From the human T2T-CHM13v2.0 reference genome, Homo sapiens: a stretch of DNA of 64,000 bases. Shown piece after piece: positions 31,940-44,384 of the stretch. The stretch is from NCBI RefSeq assembly GCF_009914755.1, contig NC_060925.1; one strand, 5' to 3'. Positions within the stretch are counted from its first letter, which is position 1. Each line of letters starts with the position of its first letter. Position numbers and translations under genes: made by a program. The notes under the pieces are model-generated. The model was not told where the DNA came from and made no database searches. It saw only the letters and a list, made by a program, of their open reading frames with translations.

Positions 31940-32650
31940 TTATATCCCTTAAGTATTTGTGGAGCACTTAGTCTATGCCAGGCATTGTTCTAGTGCTGGG
32001 GATACAATGAACTAGACAAGCAGGTGGATGTTCTGGTATGAGGAGATAGAATGTAAACATATGAATAAATTATTAATTTTTTAAAAATACATAGTGGGAA
32101 GTATTAAGAAGACAACAACAAAACAGGGTAGTGAGATAGAGTGCAATTGGGAAGTGGGGTCCGGGAGCTACTTTAGTAGGTGGTCAGGGAGTCCCCTCTA
32201 AAGAGATGGCATTTGAGAAAAGAATGTTGCTAAAGATCCGGTTAGCTGAGGACATTTCAGGAGAGTGGCAAGCAAATGTAAGGCATAGATTTGATTGAGA
32301 TTATTGTATCTGGGTCAGCATGAAGGCTGGCACGGTGGAGCAGATTGGGCAAGGGAAACAGTGTAATAAGTAATTGATATCTGAGGCAGGCAGTATCCGG
32401 ATCACGGTTGAATTTGTAACCTGGGAAAAGGAGTTTCGCTTTACCACCTTGTTGCATCAGGAAGTCACTGAAGTGAGTTCTAAGCAGGGGAGAGATGTTA
32501 TCAGATTTATGTTTTAAAAAGGTTATCCTGGCTGCAGTGTTGAAGACGAAGTGTTGCGTGAGAAGAGTGGAAGCGAGGATACTTGTTAGAAGGCTGTTGC
32601 AATACTCGGAGTGGAGAGCCAAGGTGAAGATGAAACCAGTAGCAACAATG
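31940..32650 (-). mobile_element. L2 3' portion
   Basis: gtatttgtggagcacttagtctatgccaggcattgttctag ... gggaagtcactgaag ... gttagaaggctgttgcaata. Confidence 0.8.
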
Positions 32651-32850
32651 AGCAAGAGCAGTTTACTTAGGTAACCTGAGTACTTATTAACCAGAGGAAA
32701 ATCAAGATTGTGATTTCCCAAGAGGTTGCCTTCAAAGCAGTCTCTGATGCCTTTCAGGGCAAGAGATAGGACCCAGGAGGCAGGCTTAAAAAATTTTGGT
32801 AAGCAAATGCTAAATTGTGCAACAATTCCAGACAGCTATTTTGAGAGTAC

Positions 32851-33560
32851 CATAGTGCCCCATTGTCTTCAGAATATATGTTCCAAGACCCTCCGTGGAT
32901 GCTTGAAACCACAGATAGTACTGAACTGTATGTATGCTTAGAGTTTGTTTGTTTTTTTACCTGATAGCCTACATGACTATTAAGTGACTAACAAGCAGTG
33001 TATTAGTTTGTTTCACACTGCTGATAAAGACATACCTGAAACTGGAACAAAAGAGGTTTAGTTGGACTTACAGTTCCACATGGCTGGGAAGGCCTCAGAA
33101 TCATGGTAGGAGGTGAAAGGCACTTCTTACATGCGGCAGCGAGAGAAAATGAGGAAGAAGAAAAGCAGAAACCCCTGATAAACCCATCAGATATCGTGAG
33201 ACTTATTCACTATCACGAGAATAGCAGGGGAAAGACCAACGCCCATTATTCAATTAGCTCCTTCTAGGTCCCTCCCACTAAACATGGGAATTCTGGGAAA
33301 TACAATTCAAGTTGAGATTTGGGTGAGGGCACAGCCAAACCATATTAAGTAGGTAGTGCATACAGTGTGGACATATTGAACAAATGGAGGATTCACTTAC
33401 TGGACAGGATGGAGCATGAGGGCTTGATATTTCATCACACTACCCAGAACAGTGCACAACTAAAAACTTATGAATTGTTTATTTCTAGAATCTTCTATTT
33501 AATATTTTTAGATTGTGGTTTACAATAAGTATCTGAAGCTGGGGATAAGAGGGACTACTG
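32851..33560. mobile_element. MER44A-like (Tigger) DNA transposon, interrupted by THE1
   Basis: gttccaagaccctccgtggatgcttgaaaccacagatagtactgaac; terminal ggataagagggactactg followed by TA. Confidence 0.8.
32999..33347 (-). mobile_element. THE1C-like MaLR solo LTR
   Basis: tgtattagtttgtttcacactgctgataaagacatacc ... cacagccaaaccatat; 5-bp TSD agcag/agtag. Confidence 0.92.
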
Positions 33561-33624
33561 TATTTGTTCCATTTTGAGTTGAGATACTTATTTTTTTCAA
33601 ATCTTGCTGTGGGTTTTTAATATC

Positions 33625-34215
<591 letters not shown>

Positions 34216-35000
34216 ATATTTATTATCTATTCATGACTAGTAATGTAAATTATAAAGTTTCATTTTGATGAAGAATAAGCTTCATCTAAGCTCCCCGGCC
34301 CACATATATCAGATGAGAAAACAACAACCACCCTATAAATCAGTAATACAGAGAATGCAGGAGTATTCACCAGTGAAAATTTTAGAATCTGCAGACACTA
34401 TGCCTTAACTGGGGATTTAAAAAATATGCATGTATTACTGATATAATTCATATAAAGGATTAGATAGTGGTACAATTTATCTATTTAGAAAAATATTTTT
34501 TATCTCATACTTGTAGAGAACCCAAAATTTCCCCCATTAACTTTCATTCTTCTTTGGTTATCATTGTTAATAGCTTGCATTGCTTAGTACTTCACAGTTA
34601 ACCAATGTATTTAGTGCAAATTTATTTAGTCTTTCTTGTTATGCTGTGAGCTCATACATTATTACTTTCATTTCATAGATAAGAAGAAATTCAGACACAT
34701 GAAATTGTCTGCCCATTAAAAACCTCTCAGTTGGAGAGTGGTTGACAGAGTATTAAAACTCTGGCCCTCTCTCTCCAAGACCAAATTATTTTTCCACCAG
34801 TCTACTGTCTAAAGATGTTAGTATAATTTTATGTTATATCAGAAAATAGCTCATTAATATTCATGGTTATTTGTTTAAAATTCACTTTCATAATCTAGAA
34901 AAAGCAAAATCCTGAAGGGATGAGGTAGGTTTTAAAGGGGGTGGGACTTGCAGGAATTCTGAGGGTGAGAAGGTTGGTGACATTTGCCATTTGACAGTCT

Positions 35001-35018
35001 TGTAGGCCCCTGGGATTC
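35001..35018 (+). promoter_or_regulatory. Possible primer-binding site (tRNA-Gln-like) of the ERV
   Basis: tgtaggcccctgggatt follows an LTR-end-like catttgaca; about 13/19 match with a 2-nt gap to tggaggtcccaccgagatt. Confidence 0.3.
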
Positions 35019-35436
35019 ATTTGAGACTGCTAAGTCCAAGACTCTTCCCAGAGAAACAATTCACTGCTCTGAGGCACCTTGTGAACCTGCTCAGGCTCCC
35101 TGGCATAGATGGGGCAAGAAGGAAAGGGTAAGCACGCCTTGCATTGAGTCTGGTCTATTAAACTCTGGTCTATTTCATTTAAGCTCCTCAAATGCTGATT
35201 TTATTTTTTTCTCCTAGTAGTAAGAAATACTTTTTAGATATCCTTTGTTTATCTCACTAGATTTGGAAAAAAAAAAAAAAAAAAAGAATACTTACCCTTG
35301 GTGGAAATCTGCCTTATTCCTAATAACACTATTGGTTATCTCTGACTGTTTTTGTCATTTTTGTTATCCCTCAGTATGAAAGTTCATATGGAAAAGTGTG
35401 AGTGTAGTAGGCCCCAAGATAAGTTTATTCTCCAAA

Positions 35437-35856
35437 TGTTATCGTCTGGATGTCTGTCCCCTCCAGATCTCATGTTGAAACGTGACCTCCAATGTTGGAG
35501 GTAGGGCCTTGTGGGAGGTATTTGGGTCATGGAAGTGGATCCCTCATGAATAGCTTGATGTCATTCCCATGGTAATGAGTAGTAATGAGTTCACACAAAA
35601 AATCTGGTTGTTTAAAGGAGCACAGCACTCCCTCGTTTCTCTTTTGCTCCCTCTCTTGCTATGTAATACTCTGGCTCCCCCTTTGCCTTTTGCCAAAATT
35701 GCAAGCTTCCTGAGGCCTCGCCAGCAGCAGATGCTGATGCTACGCTTCTTGTACAGCTTGCAGAACCATGAGCCAAATCAACCTCTTTTCTATATAAATT
35801 TCTCAGCCTCAAGCAGTCCTTTATAACAAAGCAAATAACAATGCAAAACGAACACA
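35437..35856 (+). mobile_element. MSTB-like MaLR solo LTR inserted in the ERV leader
   Basis: tgttatcgtctggatgtctgtcccctccagatctcatgttg ... gcagaaccatgagccaaat; TSD ccaaa/ccaag. Confidence 0.9.
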
Positions 35857-37288
35857 CCAAGCTACCCCAGGAACTGAGGTATTCAAAAGTTTTCTTCTCA
35901 GACTGGCATTCCTTGGATACATCTTGTCCTGAGTTACTCCTCAAATTCTATTTGTTTTTTTCTGTCTTGCCTTGCTTTTTGTTCATGAGAGTCTAATTCT
36001 AAGAGAGACTTCCTTTCCACACTCCTTGTTGCGATTTTGTAATTTTGCAGGGGTCTGGGACATGAGCATTTGTAACGTTTTGTAAAGTTGTAACGGGAAC
36101 AACTTTTCCCATTTTCCTATGGGTTTGTCTCAATTTGAACTTAAGTCCACTCCCTCTTTGTGCTAGACTTCTGCATCGTCCATGTATTTATGCTATAATC
36201 CAAATTTGTGTTCTTCTCTTTCTAAATGTCATAATTTCCCAGTTTCCCCAAGAGTAGTTTAGAATCGCAGGGGCTACTGTGGGGAACTTTTGTTATGACC
36301 AAGATTATTTATTAGAAAGGTGCCTTAGAACAAAAAGGAAACACAATATCAAATATCCAGTGTTCTGCATTTTTTCATTGGTATAAGGAGGCATCCGAAA
36401 GAAATTCAGATTTCAAAACTGTGGCCTTAAGATAAGAAAATATAAAAAAACCTAAAACTATCTCTTTTTTAGATCCCCTTAATTCAAAATTCAGACCTAA
36501 CAGCCTTTATTGTACAATTATCATACGATTTCTCTGACCCTAGTCTTCCCTCCTCTGTTTTCCCCTGCCTTCATCTCTCCCTCTGACCAGCTCCCCATGC
36601 CTCCTCAGTCACCCCAAACCCCAACACTCAGTCACCTCTTAGAGTTAAACATCCCTCAGAACAGAGAAAACTTCTTAGAGCTGATTTTAAGTCCTGTTCT
36701 TGCTCAGAGCTCAAAGCCACATGAAAGATTTTCCATGGTCCAGACAAGATAGACAGCAATTTTCAGAAGAATATGGAATAGTTTTAGGAACCTATAAACC
36801 AGGACTCCCAAATTTATACCAATTGGTTCATAGGTTAGTGGAAACCTCAGATGTTAAAAATTGTATGAAAAAAGGCAGGATGGGAAACCCCAAGAGTTAC
36901 TTAAAATATTTTAAATTGAATAGGAAACCAGAGGGGTTCAGTAAAGCTGTAGATTTTGGCTAAGGTCTTTTAGAAGCTGTCCCCAGAGTCTGTTCTATGA
37001 AAACAGATTACACACCAATCCAGTCCTGTGAGTAAACAAAGGATGCATCCATGGAAGACTTCAGGGATCGGCTTTTTAACATATTTAGACTGCATTGAGG
37101 AGCAGATTGTGAAACAAATGTGACTCCAGCTCTTGCCTTACTTTTTGCAAATGGCATTAGCCCTAAATGGAGGATTCAATAGTAAGCATTAACTCTGATG
37201 GGAATTAGCCTCTTTGTCAGAACTCTAAAACCTCACTGAACTTTTGAAAGAGCCTTAGAACTTAGAATAAACAAGTGACCTTACAGAT

Positions 37289-37835
37289 TGTTTTAGTCAG
37301 GGTTCTCCAGAGAAACAGAACCAATAATAAAATGTATATACTTATTTAGTATGAGGAATTGGCTTACATGATTATGGAAGTTGAGAAGTCCCATGATCTG
37401 CCATTGGGACTAGAGACCCAGGAGAGCTGGTGGTGTAATTCTAGTCTGAGGGCACAAAAAGAGGAGATGAGATGTTCCAGTTCAAGAGGACAGATAGAAA
37501 GCAAAAAGGGATAAATTCTTCCTTTCTCTGCCTTTTGTTCTATTCAGGTCCTCAATATATTGGATGAAGACCACCTATTCAATGGGTTGGATGATGCTCA
37601 TCTACACTGAGGAGGACAATCTACTTTACAGAGTTCACCAATTCAAATGCTGACTCTATTCAAAACACCCTCACAGACACATCTGGGAATACATTTAATC
37701 TAATGCTCCCTAAACTCTATTCAAAACACCCTCACAGACACACATGGGAATATGTGTAATCTAATGCTCCTTAAAGACTCTAATGCTCCCTAATGCTCCA
37801 ACAGTCAAGTTGACAACATAAAATTAACCATCACA
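37289..37835 (-). mobile_element. MLT2B-like ERVL solo LTR inserted in gag
   Basis: tgttttagtcagggttctccagagaaacagaacc ... aaaattaaccatcaca; TSD cagat/cacat. Confidence 0.9.
37653..37774 (+). repeat. 61-bp tandem duplication inside MLT2
   Basis: actctattcaaaacaccctcacagacac...taatctaatgctcc.taa occurs twice. Confidence 0.9.
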
Positions 37836-37853
37836 CACATAAAACGTCTATAT

Positions 37854-38072
37854 CAAGCTTGTGCAGCCTGTGGCCCACGGGCTGCATGCTACCTAGGATG
37901 GCTTTGAATGAGGCCCAACACAAATTTGTAAACTTTCTTAGAACATTATGAGATTTATTTTTATTTTTATTTTTTAACTCATCAGCTATTGTTAATGTTA
38001 GTGTATTTTATGTGTGGCCCAAGACAATTCTTCCAATGTGATCCAGGGAGGCCAAAAGATTGGACAACCCTG
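37854..38072 (-). mobile_element. MER30 (hAT-Charlie) DNA transposon
   Basis: caagcttg ... ggccaaaagattggacaaccctg; 8-bp TSD gtctatat/atctacat. Confidence 0.9.
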
Positions 38073-38289
38073 ATCTACATGTTCCCACTCTGGTTATTAA
38101 ACCCTGGGAGAGGGTCTCTTGGTAAAGATACTTTTAGATACAATAAACAGAAAAGACCTAGGGAAAATAATTACCCTGCATTAGCAAATAAACTAAAGGA
38201 AACAATGAAACAAGTACTCAGTGAAGGTGCTCAGAGGAGGAAAAATCAAGCAACCAATTTCCCATTTTGTCTTTGAATTCCTAAGGAGA

Positions 38290-38600
38290 AATTTATCTAT
38301 TAAAAATAAATTTGATAATTTTTAAATTGATATAGGCGCTATGATAGATTTATCAATCTTAAATTCTAGCAGTGTTATACAACCTCTGTAGGAGTCAACA
38401 AACTACTCAAGTGATGGATACCTCTAAGAAGCCTCATATATTTTCTATGTCCCAGCCCTTAACTGTCACCCTGGAACTTTTACTCAAGGAATATTCTTTC
38501 GTCCTTTGCAATACCACATCGACTAACTGCGCAGGGAGGGATTTACTGTCCAAATGGAACCACCAGATCAAATGCTTTCCTTCCTTGTAGCCCCTGTGGG
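38290..38600 (+). pseudogene. pro: ERV aspartic protease remnant
   Basis: attgatataggcgct = IDIGA (from DTGA) near 38326; downstream NCAGRDLLSKW matches the NLLGRDLL motif. Confidence 0.75.
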
Positions 38601-38649
38601 CTCCGATATTCATAGTGAGATCATAGCTGATTGAGACAATTCATTTATC

Positions 38650-40945
38650 AGCATCCTTATGTCTAAATCAAAACTAAACTAAAGATCTCAAGAAAGTACT
38701 GGCTTTTGGAGGGCCAAAAAGTTCTACTGGGATAGGCAGGATTATTGAGGCCAAATACACTAAGGCTCACTCAGATTGAGTCATTGACATTTCTACCCCA
38801 ACTTGCACAAGACTAAGCAGACTAAAAGCAATGGTTGAAACCCAAAAGTTGAAAGTCTAATAGATAAAGGTTTTACCATATTTTATACAGCCCTTGTTAC
38901 ACTCTTATGTTCCCAACTAAAACCAAACCAAACCAAAACAAATGGGCAAACAAAAACAAACAAACAAACAAAACCCAATGGGTGTGGATATAGGCTTTTT
39001 TTTTCGGGACCTCAGGACTGTAAATAGAAAAATCATTCCCCACTTCCCTGTAGTGCTAAACCCCAATATTATTTTATCTCTGGTGCCTCTTGAGATAGCG
39101 TATTTTACAGTTGCAGATTTATGTTCTATAATTTTTTAGTGTTCCTTTAGAATCTATAGTTTAAATCAAAACAGTCAATATTTATCCTTCTCCTGGGAAA
39201 ATCAACACTATTCCTGCACTATTATGCCCTAAAGATTTGCTGAGGCACCATCCTATTTTTCACAGTCCATCAGCCAGAACCTCAAAGATGTTCAAGTTCC
39301 TTTTGATTCTAATCTTATCCAAAATGTGAATGACGTTTGTTGTGTTTTAAAGAGGAAGTGAGCTCTAAGATTGATTCTATTGATTCCATCTAACAATAAC
39401 ACTTACTGTTTTAGTTCAGAACAGATATGAGGTTTCCAAAGAAAGTTACAATTTTGTCAAAGTAAGAGTCATTATCTAGGACATGATTTTTCGCAAGGAG
39501 TTGAATTCCTGATTTCTGACAGAGTACAAATAGTTGGAAACTTTCCTAAGCCAGAGACTAAGAGATAGTTAAGTGTATTTCTGGGTCTCACTGGCTACTC
39601 AAGGCAGCAGTTTCACTTTTCTGAAATCATGGCCCCACTATGACATAAGTAAGTTCTTGCTAACGGAACCTCTTCACTGGGAACCTAAACATGAACAGGG
39701 CTTTTATGACTTAAAATTAGTCCTCCTTCTACCACTCACTCTGGGTTTGACCTAGACCTAGTTATTATAAGACTTTCTGTCTACTTCTATGTGAAAGATA
39801 TGGATAATTCCTTGGACTTCTGATTCCATTTTGTGGGAATTATCAGAGATCAATGAATGGTCTCTCTCTTGACCCAGTAGCAAACCCTACTCACCTTGTC
39901 TAAGTGCAATAGCAGGAACAGCTGCCCTAGTGGGGGCTTCCACCAGCTTGACATTAGGCTCTTTAAATCTAATAGTTCTTCATGGTGTACAGATTTTGTT
40001 GCTCACAGCAAATGCACAATATTACTTAGCAAATAGACTTACCTCCTGTGTAATCATATTATTTTCTTGTTCACGTATTTTCATCCATCATTGCAACACT
40101 TTGAATTCTGAAATTATTTTTTTCATAACCTGAAAAGGGAAAATCTTGACCGTCTAACCTCTAGTTATGATGTATGTTCAAAATAGATTTATTATAAATG
40201 ACTTAGGAAATCTATACTTAACCTTTGTTGGTATGCCATATCTTTGTTCTGAAACAGGAAAATATCAGACAGAATATGCTGTAACAGATCTTACTTTGCT
40301 CCTGGAATATGACTTCTTGCCAGTGGCAAAATCTACCCAAATGGTGGAACTTGTACACCCAAGAATTTGTAAATAGCTAGAGATTAAAGGGTTAATAAAC
40401 ACACAGCTAATAGATCTCTTTTGGGAGGGTACATGATTTTGGAATGCTTTGGAAACAAAAAGCATGGACACCCCAATTAAGAGTATTCAGCAAATTAAAT
40501 AACTTTAGAGTGCTATAATGCTTCCTAATGAGATGCCAATTACAAAAGTAGGTGCTTATACGAAAGAAGCTAGTGTGGAGGCTAAGAAAATATAAAATGT
40601 CTAGGCTGATCATTATGCCAGGCCAGTAGCACTCACTGAGATCCTACCCAAATCCTTGAAGAAGTTCAAGGAGGCCTTTATAGAACTTCTGCAGCCAATT
40701 CTAGTCAGGAATGGGTACTGGGAGAAATATGGGTTCAAATTGGATGTAAATCAGCCCCCTTCTTTGCTCTTTTGCAGGTTTAAAGCTACCTTTATCTATG
40801 CTAGTTATAAGTCACTATTCTTAATGTTGTTTCTTGTATCCTTAACTACTCCTTGATATGAGCCCAATAATTAGCTACAATTTGCTAGTGAACTGGTTAA
40901 GCATACAACTAAACTGATTATTGGGGTTGTATATGTTTTCATTTG
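38650..40945 (+). pseudogene. pol: ERV pol remnant: reverse transcriptase, tether, RNase H
   Basis: RDLRTVN..PVVLNPNIILS..YFTVADLCS; SWENQHYSCTIMP*RFAEAPSYFSQ; LIQNVND (39314-39334, decayed YVDD); FLGLTGY near 39577; RNase H-like YAVT..STQMVELV and ADHYAR. Confidence 0.9.
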
Positions 40946-40949
40946 AGAA

Positions 40950-41375
40950 GGCATTACTTCCCTAGGGCTGCCATAACATATTACCACCAACTACGTGGCT
41001 TAAAGTGACAGAAAGTTATTCATTAACAGCTCTGAAGGCTAGAAGTCTGAAATCAAGGAGTTGGCGAGGTTGGTTCCTTCTAGAGACTCTAAGAGGGCAT
41101 CTGTTCCCTGCCTGTCTTTAGCTTCCAGTAGTTGCTGGCAGTCACTGGTATTCCTTGACTTGCAGCTGTATCGCTCTAATCACTGCCTGTGTGTCTCTGT
41201 CCAGATCCGTCCCTCTCCTTGTGGAGATATCAGTCATTGGATTAAGGATCACCCTAATCTAGTATAACTTCATCTTAACTTGATTATATCTTCAAAGACC
41301 CTATTCCCAAGTAAATTCACATTCCCAGTTTCCAGGTGCACATGAATTTTGAGGGGACAATATTCAACCAAGAAC
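40950..41375 (-). mobile_element. MLT1C-like MaLR solo LTR inside the ERV
   Basis: cctagggctgccataacatattaccacc ... ggctagaagtctgaaatcaagg ... gaggggacaatattcaacc. Confidence 0.88.
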
Positions 41376-41399
41376 AGAGAGCCACACAGCTTCCCTTGC

Positions 41400-42660
41400 T
41401 TCCAGTCCTTGTAATAATCAGTTGGTTTTCTGGACAGATGGCTTCAAGTACTTTGTGACTTTTTAGATGAGAAACATCACAAGAGCCCAGGTAACCAGAA
41501 ACCCACAACTCTCTATTATGCCATACCTAGAATAGGAGGTTTCTATCTCCCCTAAAAAATACTTGGTGACATTTTGTGGGAGCTAGCTTTTGTAACTAGA
41601 CCTTTACAGAAATAGAACTTGAAAGAGGGCTAGGGAACAGATGGTATATATTTGGAGTAGTGTCACTTTCACAGATCTTACAAGTAAGACACATTATTTG
41701 CTTTTAAACTACCTAATGATGTCTATACTACAAATTTCATTGCCTGGCACCAAACTATTCTTGATAAGTGTTGTCAAAATATTACAGCACTGTCTGTCAA
41801 TCCAATAAATGTTTTTTGGCCACAGTAAATCATTGAGTGGCTCCTAATGACTGGGTTTTAATTAGTAGCACAACAGCCTACTAGCTACTGTTGTTCTATT
41901 CCTAAACTAAATAGGAACAAATTATCTTGATAAATGGACACCTTCTTTCAGTATACTTCTTAACATCATCTAGGGTCTGCTTTGGCCTACACATTTTTCC
42001 TTTAGGAAAAATAGATAATCAGAAAACATGATTCAAGGAGAAAAACTAGACCTTGATGTAAGAACCCAAATTGTAGCCTCTCAAGGGGAATTTTGAGTTG
42101 CTTTTTATCTCTTTGGCTTCTTCACTTCATGATTTACCAAAGGCCCAGAAAGTGGGAAAGTGCCCTACATGCTGTGATTAGGAGAATAACAGATGAATTG
42201 GATTAGACAATGTCTCCTCATCCGAGAAGTTCAAGAAATTGGCAGGCGGTAGGTTAAAATAGAGCTGCCTTAGATATAGCATTGGCATCTCAAGAGGGAG
42301 CAAGTGCAGCTGTAAGAGAAGAATATTGTACTTATATCTCTGCATATTAATATTACTAAAAAGAGCTGGGATTCACAAAGAAAACAGAAAATTAGGTAAT
42401 TTGGTTAATAACCTCATAGCTGGTTCTGTGGGCCATTCACATTGGGGATGGGATCTTTTCTATTGATTTAATGGTGAAACTCTTAGCTCCTGCCTGGGAA
42501 GTGGACTATAAACACTGATCATAATATTTCTCTTAGCATGTTGTGACAATTAGTTGTGTGAGCTTCAAAGTCTTCAATGCTGTTGTATAGTCTCTATTTT
42601 ATGAAACGATCCAACAAATAATCATCAGCAAAAAGAACAGGAAAGCCTGACATTTATGGA
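41400..42660 (+). pseudogene. env: ERV env remnant (TM subunit recognisable)
   Basis: 42255-42341 reads *NRAALDIALASQEGASAAVREEYCTYIS = CKS-17-like ISD plus decayed CX6CC; hydrophobic anchor TLIIIFLLAC near 42510-42545. Confidence 0.85.
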
Positions 42661-42682
42661 GGTTGGAACAATCAATCACTGG

Positions 42683-43116
42683 TATTATGGGTTGAGGGTG
42701 TTAGAATCCTAACTCCAAGTACCTCAAAATGTAATCTTATTTGAAGATAGGGTCTCTATAGAGATAATCAGTTAAAATGAGGGGCTACCTGGGTGGATCA
42801 TAATCCAGTACTGGTGTGCTTATAAAAAATTTGGACGTTGAGACAGACATGCACATAGGGAGAACTCTATGTAAAGATGAAGGCAGAGACTGGAGTGATG
42901 ATTCTACAAGCCAAGGACTGTGAAAGATTGCCAGCAAACCACCAGAATCTAGGGAAGAGGCATGGAACAGATTCTTCCTCACAGCTCTCAGAAGAAATCA
43001 ATCCTACCAGCATAGATCTTGGACTTTTAGCCTCCAGGACTGTGAGACAATAATTTTCTGTTGTTTAAGTCACCCAATATGTGGTATTGTATACTGAGCC
43101 CTAGCAAATTAATGCA
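42683..43116 (+). mobile_element. MLT1B-like MaLR solo LTR
   Basis: Typical MLT1 body; exact 5-bp TSD actgg at 42678-42682 and 43117-43121. Confidence 0.9.
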
Positions 43117-43360
43117 ACTGGAAACTTGATACATGATTGTGACACTTCTAGTAGCAGAAAAGATCTGGATTGATCACACACTAAGATATTAATTGTCTAT
43201 CCCTCAGCTCAGGCTGAAGATACTTGGATCCTATAATTACAATTACTTATCCCTATACAGCTTACTGTCTACAATAATGTAGCTTTACTATTTCATTGTC
43301 TTCATTAGTATAAATGTACTATTTCAGGAAACTCTTGCTTAGAAGAATGAAAGTTGGAAA

Positions 43361-43765
43361 TAACTTTATTGTTATTGTTATTATTGTTTCTGTATTCCAG
43401 AAAGTTCTTCAAAGAACCATCAACTTTTCAACAGAAAGCATCCACCAAGGATAGTCTATGCCCTAAGACTCTTTGAACTCATGCCTTCAAAGTCCTTGTC
43501 TTGCTGAATGAAATATTCTAATCCTATCACTAATCCTAAACTACTACATCATGACTCTTCCTGAATCTTAATCAAGCCCCTACCCATATTGAAAGACACA
43601 CCTTAAGCCAGGCTTCAAATTCCTGATAAAATCTGACCTTGTATCTCCCTGTTTGAGATACTCCCAGAGCTCTGTTGAGATGCTCTCCCTTATAAAGGTT
43701 AGCAATAAACTCACTCTGCTTTATCAACAAGATATGTTGTTGATATTTAGGAACCGTCATTCTAA
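43361..43765 (+). mobile_element. ERV1 3' LTR (MER110/MER90-like; family uncertain)
   Basis: Follows purine-rich agaagaatgaaagttggaaa; polyA signal in gcaataaactcactctgctttatcaacaag. Confidence 0.7.
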
Positions 43766-44037
43766 AGAATGAGGCAGATTTTTAAGTGGCTAGCACAAGT
43801 AGTGATTCTGAGAGAGAGAAGTGATGGAGCTAGAGTGACAAATGATGAATTTGAGTCATTTGAGAACCCTTGCCAAAATAGGTGGGACCTAAAGAAACCA
43901 AAGTATCTAAGAGGTGGTGGTAGTTGGAGGGGAGGGAGTGACGATGAATATCAGTTATATTAACAATAAACCTTTGATCTTGATTGCAATACTAATTACT
44001 TATATTGAAATTTTAAATCCATGTAAGTATTCTGTAG

Positions 44038-44204
44038 ACTTGCTACTCAAAGTGTAGTCTTGTAGTTGAGCAGCATCAGTACCCCTTGAGAGCCTGTTAG
44101 AAATTCAGCAACTCAGGCCACCCTCAAGGCTACTGAGTCAGAATCAGCATTTTACCAAGACGCCCAGGGTGATTTATATGCACACTAAAGTTTGAGAAGC
44201 ACTA
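44038..44204. mobile_element. MER5A-type hAT MITE
   Basis: gctactcaaagtgt ... gcagcatcag ... cactaaagtttgagaagcact. Confidence 0.88.
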
Positions 44205-44384
44205 GACCCCAGCAGATCTCAAATGGAGCCAAAGAGCTTTGTATAGATACTCAGGTTTTCCTGAGGCATGCTGTGTTAGAATTTTTGTGTGGAAAGTCCT
44301 AGAAAATGAGGACAAGTTTTGATCATTCTTGGAAATTGAAGCAAGTAAATGAACATATTATAGGTGGGATCTGTCATTGCTACA

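Larger units (their letters stand above)
36250..38280 (+). pseudogene. gag: ERV gag remnant (frameshifted, interrupted by MLT2 and MER30)
   Basis: Pro-rich segment (ORF 36510-36752), then KDFP..QQFSEEYGIVLGTYKPGLPNLYQLVHRLV (ORF 36700-36963); MHR-like sequence near 37020-37100. Confidence 0.65.
34970..43765 (+). mobile_element. Degraded ERV1-class (gammaretrovirus-like) provirus: leader-gag-pro-pol-(IN largely missing)-env-3'LTR
   Basis: Collinear retroviral motifs on the + strand (see sub-features); 5' boundary uncertain. Confidence 0.85.

Noticed and set aside
32257-32721. 154-aa minus-strand ORF
   Set aside because: Lies within an L2 fossil (YCNSLLT..AARITFLKHKSD is decayed L2 ORF2 C-terminus), not a host gene.
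37653-37799. CRISPR-like repeat array
   Set aside because: A simple tandem duplication without unique spacers, in mammalian LTR DNA.
36250-42660. Functional retroviral genes or a syncytin-like co-opted env
   Set aside because: Numerous stops and frameshifts, mutated catalytic motifs (DTG>DIG, YVDD>NVND) and nested insertions.
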